In this document: in pieces, positions 58,899-64,000 of the stretch
Position numbering within the stretch: the first letter of the stretch is position 1
Layout of the letters: every line of letters starts with the position of its first letter
Assembly (NCBI GenBank): GCA_019637335.1
Contig: JAHBVV010000019.1
Span: 391-64,390 of the forward strand
Origin: Candidatus Hydrogenedentota bacterium
GTDB taxonomy: Bacteria; Hydrogenedentota; Hydrogenedentia; Hydrogenedentales; JAEUWI01
Reading direction: 5' to 3'
DNA length: 64,000 nt
The notes under the pieces: generated by a model
The model's database searches: none
Seen by the model: only the letters and a program-made list of their open reading frames with translations
What the model was told of the DNA's origin: nothing
Position numbers and translations under genes: made by a program

Positions 58899-59351
58899 AT
58901 GGCAAGAATCCTGGTAATTGATGATCACTATGCGATGCGCCAGACGATTCGGGAGATTCTGGAAGTCGAAGGGCACGAGGTGATCGAGGCGCCCGAAGGG
59001 GATTCGGGCATTCAGATGCAGCAGCGCACGCCGGCTGATCTGGTGATCACGGACATCTTCATGCCGCACAAAGAAGGCATGACGACCATCCGGGAGCTGC
59101 GCGCGGCGAATCCCGCGCTTCCTATCATCGCCATGTCGGGCGGAACGCGGGATCTGCATGCGCCCGAGGGATTCATCGATCTTGCGCGCCGCTTCGGGGC
59201 GACCGGCACGCTGACCAAACCGTTTCAGATTGCGGAGTTGCTGCTGGCGGTGGGCCAGGCGCTGGGAGCCGAACAAAAATTCCCGGCCTTGGAAGCCGAA
59301 GAATCACGCCCCGCGCTGACTACGGAAAAAGAAAGCCCGGCGCCATCATAA
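58899..59351 (+). CDS. single-domain response regulator (CheY-like receiver)
   Basis: ILVIDDHYAMRQ...DLVITDIFMPHKEGMTT...IIAMSGG...LTKPF. No output domain. Confidence 0.8.
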   Translation: MARILVIDDHYAMRQTIREILEVEGHEVIEAPEGDSGIQMQQRTPADLVITDIFMPHKEGMTTIRELRAANPALPIIAMSGGTRDLHAPEGFIDLARRFGATGTLTKPFQIAELLLAVGQALGAEQKFPALEAEESRPALTTEKESPAPS

Positions 59352-59362
59352 CGGCGCCGGGA
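59333..59362. terminator. bidirectional rho-independent terminator between the response regulator and the convergent micro-ORF
   Basis: CCCGGCGCC-ATCATAA-CGGCGCCGGG perfect 9-bp stem. Confidence 0.55.
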
Positions 59363-59388
59363 AATATTCCGGTAACTGAACGGGTGAT

Positions 59389-59502
59389 TAGAATCCGTCG
59401 AAGAACCCAGTCGCGATTCCAAAGATGAAGAAGAGCGCGGCGCCCAGGGTGAAGAGGAAGCCCTGCGCGATGGTGTCAAAAATCTGCGTGAAAATCGTCA
59501 TG
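59389..59502 (-). CDS. 37-aa hydrophobic micro-protein (MTIFTQIFDTIAQGFLFTLGAALFFIFGIATGFFDGF)
   Basis: Not in the ORF track because it is under 60 aa. It has an excellent SD (AGGAGA) 6 nt upstream of the ATG, ends at the terminator hairpin, and contains a single TM helix. Confidence 0.5.
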
Positions 59503-59619
59503 TAAGGTCTCCTGTCGAGGACAAGCCAGCGTTGGGTGTTACGATTGGATGCCACAAACTAGCACGCGCGGCCAGCGGAAAACAACCTGCACTGTCTTCG
59601 TATGCCCCAAACGTTGGCC

Positions 59620-59850
59620 GGGCGCCGGATTCGCCCCCACGGGCGCCGTGAGCGGGGGCAGATCGCGGCGCGCGGCATGTGTGTGCATTGGTATTCATTC
59701 GTGGTTTCAAAAACGCCCCCGTTCAACCGCCCCAATCCATCCACACACAAGAATCACCCAGTGCGCTCTCCGCGTTCTCCGCGTTAGGAGCCTCTTCTCC
59801 GTTTCACTTCGCGCCCTTCGTGGCGATCGCTCTTCACGCTTTGGTTGCGG
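59620..59850 (-). repeat. reverse-orientation copy 3 of the ~200-bp repeat element seen at 23985 and 24346
   Basis: CGCCCTTCGTGGCGATCGCTCTTCACGCTTTGGTTGCGGCC is the reverse complement of GGCCGCAACCAAAG...CCACGAAGGGCG. GCGCTCTCCGCGTTCTCCGCG is the reverse complement of CGCAGAGAACGCAGAGAGCGC. CATTCGTGG...CATTGG matches CCACGAATGAACACCAATG. Confidence 0.7.
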
Positions 59851-59906
59851 CCAGCGGCGGCCCCGCAGCTTCTTCGGTGGGGCCGCCCAAGGGTTTTCCC
59901 CGTCCT

Positions 59907-61649
59907 CTACCGAATCCGGTAGGTGATGATGCCGCCATCCGAATGGCGCAGTATCACGCGTTTGCGCCGCGGGTCGTAATCCCAGCGTTCGCGCGGCACG
60001 GGCGCGCCGTTCTGTTCAATTCGGCCGGGGGCTTCGTCCAGTCGCACGTAGAGGCGCGTGGGGCTGCGGTGGCCAGCAACGGTAATCCCGATACCGTCAT
60101 CGGCAACGGTGACGGTTGCGTTGGCGGGGTGCGCGTCTTCGGTGTCGTACCACGTGAATTGTCCGGACGCGCCGGGATAGATGTTCAGCGTGAGATCGCC
60201 CGCCCAGGAGCGATCGCCGATGCCGGTGTAGTGCCGCTCGACGCGCATCGGGAGAATGGCGCCTTCGCGGACATAGACCGGGTATTCATCGAGCGGAAAA
60301 TCGCGCGTGATGGTCGTGGGGCCTTCGATTAGCGCGGCGTCGTCAAACCAGTAGCGCCAGCGGCCTTCGGGCACGTGCACGGTATGCTGGTTTCCGGGCT
60401 GGTGGATCGGCGCAATCAATAGATCATCGCCGAAGCGATAGTGGTAGGGGCCGGTTTCCAGCGGCTGCATCAGCCGGGCGCCGCCCTCGTGCGCGGTGAC
60501 GGCGTAGCGGTACATGTAGGGAACGAGTTCGTCGTGCAGCCAGGCGAACTTCCGAACGATCTCCAATTCCGCCGGCGACCGCATCCACATGCGCCGTTCC
60601 CCGTGGCCGCCGTTTAGGAAGAGGCCGCAGAACGTGGAAAACTGGGCCCATCGGATGTAGAGCTCCGCATCGATGGGTTCGTCGCCGTGGTAACCGGCAA
60701 CGTCGGATCCGATGATGTTGTAGCCCATTTCCGCGCTCTTGAGCGCCAGGCGGATGGCGCGTTCGAGCCCCCGCGTTTCCTCGTCCCAGGTGTGCAGGTT
60801 GTCGCCGAGCCAGTTCACGGGGGAGGCGTCAATGGGCGCGAACCCCTCCGGATGGATCCACGGCATCACCGAATCCAGGGAACGCGACAGCGTGATGAAC
60901 TCGAGGTTGTGCGCGAGTCCCCCGGCGTACTCATCGCGGTAGTAGTGATCCATGTAGGTGCGCGTGCTGATTGTCCCGGCGTGGGCCCGATGGTAGGGCC
61001 AGGGGAGGATGCCTTTCATGTCGAGCGCCAGGGTGGCGGCGCCGTCGAGCTTCCACCCGTCAACGCCCCAATCGAGGAGCGTCTTCTGCATGCCGCGCCA
61101 CCAGGCGAGCGCGGCGGGATTGGTGTAGTCGATAAAGCCGCCCTCGCCCTTCCACCATCGCCGCTGGAAGTCGCCGCCCAGCAGATACCCGTTGTCGGCG
61201 GCCTCCTGATGCCAGCCGGAGGCGTCTTCAATCGCGGTGTCCTTGTTGCGGCTGTTGACCATGCACGTCATCCAGAGCACGGCGCGAATCCCGCGCTCCT
61301 CGAGGCCCCGGAAAAAGGCTTCCGGATCCGGGAAGCGGTCTTCGTCGACCTGAAAATCGTTGTAGCGCGTGGACCAGGGGCTGTCGATTAGCACGGTGCG
61401 CACGGGGAAATCATGGCGTAAGTGGCCGTTTACGAGTTCGAGGGTGGATTCGGCGGTGTTGGTGTCATCCTCCCAGACCCACAGCCCAAGGGCCCAGGCC
61501 GGCGTGAGCGGCGGGGCCCCGTGGCGATCTGAGTTCAGCGGAAAACCCCAGAACGGGTAGAGGAAGAGGGACCAGGCCAGCACCAGGAGGAGGAGCGCGG
61601 CGGCGGCCGAAATCCGAAGCAGGAGCCCCCAGTAGTTTCGTTTTTTCAT
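59907..61649 (-). CDS. glycoside hydrolase family 31 protein (alpha-glucosidase/alpha-xylosidase-like), N-terminal signal/TM
   Basis: The GH31 catalytic region is WGVDGWKLDGA ... IGSDVAGY. The N-terminal hydrophobic segment is LLLRISAAAALLLLVLAW. Confidence 0.65.
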   Translation of the reverse strand: MKKRNYWGLLLRISAAAALLLLVLAWSLFLYPFWGFPLNSDRHGAPPLTPAWALGLWVWEDDTNTAESTLELVNGHLRHDFPVRTVLIDSPWSTRYNDFQVDEDRFPDPEAFFRGLEERGIRAVLWMTCMVNSRNKDTAIEDASGWHQEAADNGYLLGGDFQRRWWKGEGGFIDYTNPAALAWWRGMQKTLLDWGVDGWKLDGAATLALDMKGILPWPYHRAHAGTISTRTYMDHYYRDEYAGGLAHNLEFITLSRSLDSVMPWIHPEGFAPIDASPVNWLGDNLHTWDEETRGLERAIRLALKSAEMGYNIIGSDVAGYHGDEPIDAELYIRWAQFSTFCGLFLNGGHGERRMWMRSPAELEIVRKFAWLHDELVPYMYRYAVTAHEGGARLMQPLETGPYHYRFGDDLLIAPIHQPGNQHTVHVPEGRWRYWFDDAALIEGPTTITRDFPLDEYPVYVREGAILPMRVERHYTGIGDRSWAGDLTLNIYPGASGQFTWYDTEDAHPANATVTVADDGIGITVAGHRSPTRLYVRLDEAPGRIEQNGAPVPRERWDYDPRRKRVILRHSDGGIITYRIR

Positions 61650-61801
61650 CGTGATTGCGACTTTCGCGCGCCGGTTGCGTTTGGCGGCATCCCGCTCGAC
61701 AGGTTATTGGCGCTGTGACGAATTATGGGCGCTCACGGGCCGATTTGCAATGGGGCATACTATGCCTGGGGAGCCGGTTCCGCCTTGCCAGGGCGCCGTG
61801 T

Positions 61802-64000
61802 TCAAGCGACGCTTCGCGCGGCGATCGATTGCTCGATCATCTGGAACAGGTGCGCGACCTCGAATGGTTTGCGAAGAATCTGGCGGGGGCCGGCGCCGGC
61901 GGCGAGATCGGGCGGCGAGGCGGCGCCGAGCAACAAGACCGCGGGCAGGGTGGGTTTGCGCCGCTGGATTTCGTCCACGAGCGCTTGCGGCGCGTTTACG
62001 CCGGGGACACCGCCATCGAGGATGACGAGGTCCACGCGGTTGGCGATAACCTCCGCAAGCGCCTCCAGGCCGTCGGCGGCGGTCGTCACCTGGTAGCCGC
62101 GTCCCCGGAGCGCCTCGGCGAGCACGTCGCGAAGTTCGGTATCCTGATCGACCAGCAGCAGGCTGCCCCGCGATTCGGCGGCGAATCGTGACGGCGGCTG
62201 AGAGGCCTCATTTCGCGCGCGGATGGCGGCTTCGACTTCCGGCGCCATGGGCGCCATGGGCGCCGTCGCGGCGGGGCGCTCCGGAGCGGTTTCGGGGGCC
62301 GCCGGCGCGGTGGGCCGGGGCGCGGCGTACCTGTCCGGACGGGGTTGCTCCGCCCGATCGGCATGGCCGCCGGCGGCTTCCGAGGGGGCAGTGGCCCGAT
62401 CCGCCGACACAGGGAGCGTCAGGGTGCAGGTCGTCCCGGAGCCTTCCTGGCTGTGCAGGGTGATGGTGCCCCGATGCGCCTCGACAATGCCATGGCAGAC
62501 CGCGAGGCCCATTCCGGTTCCTTCATTGCCCGGGCGCGTGGTGAAAAACGGCTCGAAGACCTTGTCCATGACGTCCGCTGCGATGCCCTGGCCGGTATCG
62601 ATGATCTGGATGATGATCGCGGTGCGATCCTGGTTGGGCCGGACGCGGAGCGTGAGTTTGTCGCCCTGCTTGGTCATGGACTGCTCGGCGTTCTCCAGGA
62701 TATTGCGGAAGACCTGGTCCATTTGCACGCGGTCCACGTGGACCAGGGGCAAATCGGGCGCGTAGTCCTCGATGAGCTGGATGCCTTCGTCCTCGAGGCG
62801 CTGGCGCACGCGGTCGGCGGCGCCGCGCAAAACGGCGTTGATCCGGCTCGGCATCAATTGCGGGGGATTGGGCCGGGCGAACTGGAGCAGATCGCGTAGG
62901 ATGCCACTTGCGCGCTGGCTGTGCTCGACGATGAGTTCGAGCGCCCTGCGGTCTTCCGCGCGCTCGGCATTCGCCAGCAGCAATTGCGCCTTTCCGGAGA
63001 TTACGGCGAGGGGATTGTTGATTTCGTGGGCCGCGCCGGCCGCGATCTTGCCGACGCTGACCAACCGTTCGGTCCGGCGATCGTTGCGGTGGCTCAGCTC
63101 CTGCTTCCAAACCGCCGCCGCGAGCGACTCGGCCTCCTCGCTCGCGCCGCGAACGGCGCTGCAGCGGGCGAGGGCCAGGCCCGCGGATCGCATGAAGCGC
63201 ATGAGCGAGTTCAGGAAATTCTCCGAAAGCGCCGGAGCGCCCTGGCCCGCCTGAAAGATCAACTGGCCGACGCTGCGGTGGTTGTCGAGAATGGGCAGGG
63301 CCATGAAACCATGCCGGTGGACCGCGGCGCCCGGCGCGCCCGATCCGGGTGCGTCTTTCAGGGCCGCGATGAGCTCGTCCAGGGAGGCGGACGCGCCGCC
63401 GCCCTTAAGCGGTACGGCTTCGGGTTCGCTGTCCAACTGGAACCAGCGGAGCACCTCGGCGACTTCGCCGCCGGGTCCGGTGAGGTAGCACAGGCCGCTC
63501 GCGATACCGAACGCGGTCCGGAGGCCGTTAATAAGGACCGCAAGCTGCGCGCTGGAGGAGAGGCCGGGCTGCATGCCTTCGTGCACGGCGCAGAGGGCCG
63601 CGTAATAGTCGCGGTCCTGGCGTGTGCGGGAGAGATCATCCGAGGCGCCCGCGGGCGCCAGTTCGGGCGCGGGCGCGGGGGCGACCGGTGAATCCTCGCC
63701 CCGGGTTCCGCCGCTCCGCTCGCGCAGCATCTCGATGACGTCGATCCGGTTCAGGCCCAGGCGCAGCCAGCGCTGTTCATCCATCGCGGCGACCCGTTCC
63801 TGCGGGGCGGTTTCGAGTTCGTCGCCGTGAGCCAGGAAATTCGCGAGAGAAACAATCTCGATCAGTTCCACAGGGTATGGCGTGTTGTCGAGCGTGCCCG
63901 GCGGATGGTGGTGAAGCCAGATCGCCGAGACCAGCGGCGCGGGCAGGCCCCAGCTTTCGGCAAGCCACTTGCCGGCTACCGTGTGGTCCGCGCCCAGCTC
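61802..64000 (-). CDS. hybrid sensor histidine kinase/response regulator with N-terminal HDOD and GAF-like domains. 5' end beyond window
   Basis: C-terminal REC (LLLVDQDTELRD...DLVILDGGVPGVN...LRKPF). HisKA (AAGAAHEINNPLAVISG). HATPase_c (DTGQGIAADVMDKVFEPFFTTR...GTGMGLAVCHGIVEAHRG). The frame stays open upstream to the window edge and encodes HTVAGKWLAESWGLPAPLVSAIWLHHHP, which is HDOD-like. Confidence 0.8.
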   Translation of the reverse strand, partial: ELGADHTVAGKWLAESWGLPAPLVSAIWLHHHPPGTLDNTPYPVELIEIVSLANFLAHGDELETAPQERVAAMDEQRWLRLGLNRIDVIEMLRERSGGTRGEDSPVAPAPAPELAPAGASDDLSRTRQDRDYYAALCAVHEGMQPGLSSSAQLAVLINGLRTAFGIASGLCYLTGPGGEVAEVLRWFQLDSEPEAVPLKGGGASASLDELIAALKDAPGSGAPGAAVHRHGFMALPILDNHRSVGQLIFQAGQGAPALSENFLNSLMRFMRSAGLALARCSAVRGASEEAESLAAAVWKQELSHRNDRRTERLVSVGKIAAGAAHEINNPLAVISGKAQLLLANAERAEDRRALELIVEHSQRASGILRDLLQFARPNPPQLMPSRINAVLRGAADRVRQRLEDEGIQLIEDYAPDLPLVHVDRVQMDQVFRNILENAEQSMTKQGDKLTLRVRPNQDRTAIIIQIIDTGQGIAADVMDKVFEPFFTTRPGNEGTGMGLAVCHGIVEAHRGTITLHSQEGSGTTCTLTLPVSADRATAPSEAAGGHADRAEQPRPDRYAAPRPTAPAAPETAPERPAATAPMAPMAPEVEAAIRARNEASQPPSRFAAESRGSLLLVDQDTELRDVLAEALRGRGYQVTTAADGLEALAEVIANRVDLVILDGGVPGVNAPQALVDEIQRRKPTLPAVLLLGAASPPDLAAGAGPRQILRKPFEVAHLFQMIEQSIAARSVA

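Overview
High-GC (~65-70%) bacterial chromosomal segment. Several gene families point to a PVC-superphylum-like or related candidate-phylum lineage, but this is inference only: a PEP-CTERM sorting-signal protein, a DUF1559 prepilin-like protein with an H-X9-DG motif, ThuA-domain and WG-repeat proteins. The window is a mosaic. (i) A lower-GC island at the 5' end encodes four small membrane proteins. (ii) A B12-binding radical SAM gene and its neighbours are separated by copies of a modular GT-rich interspersed repeat family, which recurs at five or more loci in the window. (iii) Two two-component systems are present, one of them a PAS kinase with a sigma54-dependent NtrC-type regulator. (iv) An arsenic resistance cluster arsR-arsC-arsM ... 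acr3 is split by two copies of a second ~200-bp repeat element. (v) A partial flagellar operon on the minus strand reads fliM-fliN/Y-fliA-hyp-DUF2802-fliK-like-flhB_C-like. (vi) There is an exopolysaccharide-type pair (GT2 plus polysaccharide deacetylase with overlapping stop/start) and an O-antigen-ligase-like protein. (vii) There are toxin-antitoxin-like pairs: MNT/HepT with a frameshifted HepT, and DUF4258/DUF2283. (viii) recQ is followed by a perfect 9-bp tandem repeat array. (ix) A glycan-degradation neighbourhood contains two tandem beta-propeller paralogs, a purple acid phosphatase, a PEP-CTERM protein, a beta-helix protein, an FAD oxidoreductase, an NHL-repeat protein and GH31. (x) gpsA, an orphan response regulator, a 37-aa hydrophobic micro-ORF and a hybrid HDOD-GAF-kinase-receiver protein that runs off the 3' edge complete the window. 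Many long antisense or overlapping ORFs in the six-frame track are GC-skew artefacts and were not called.
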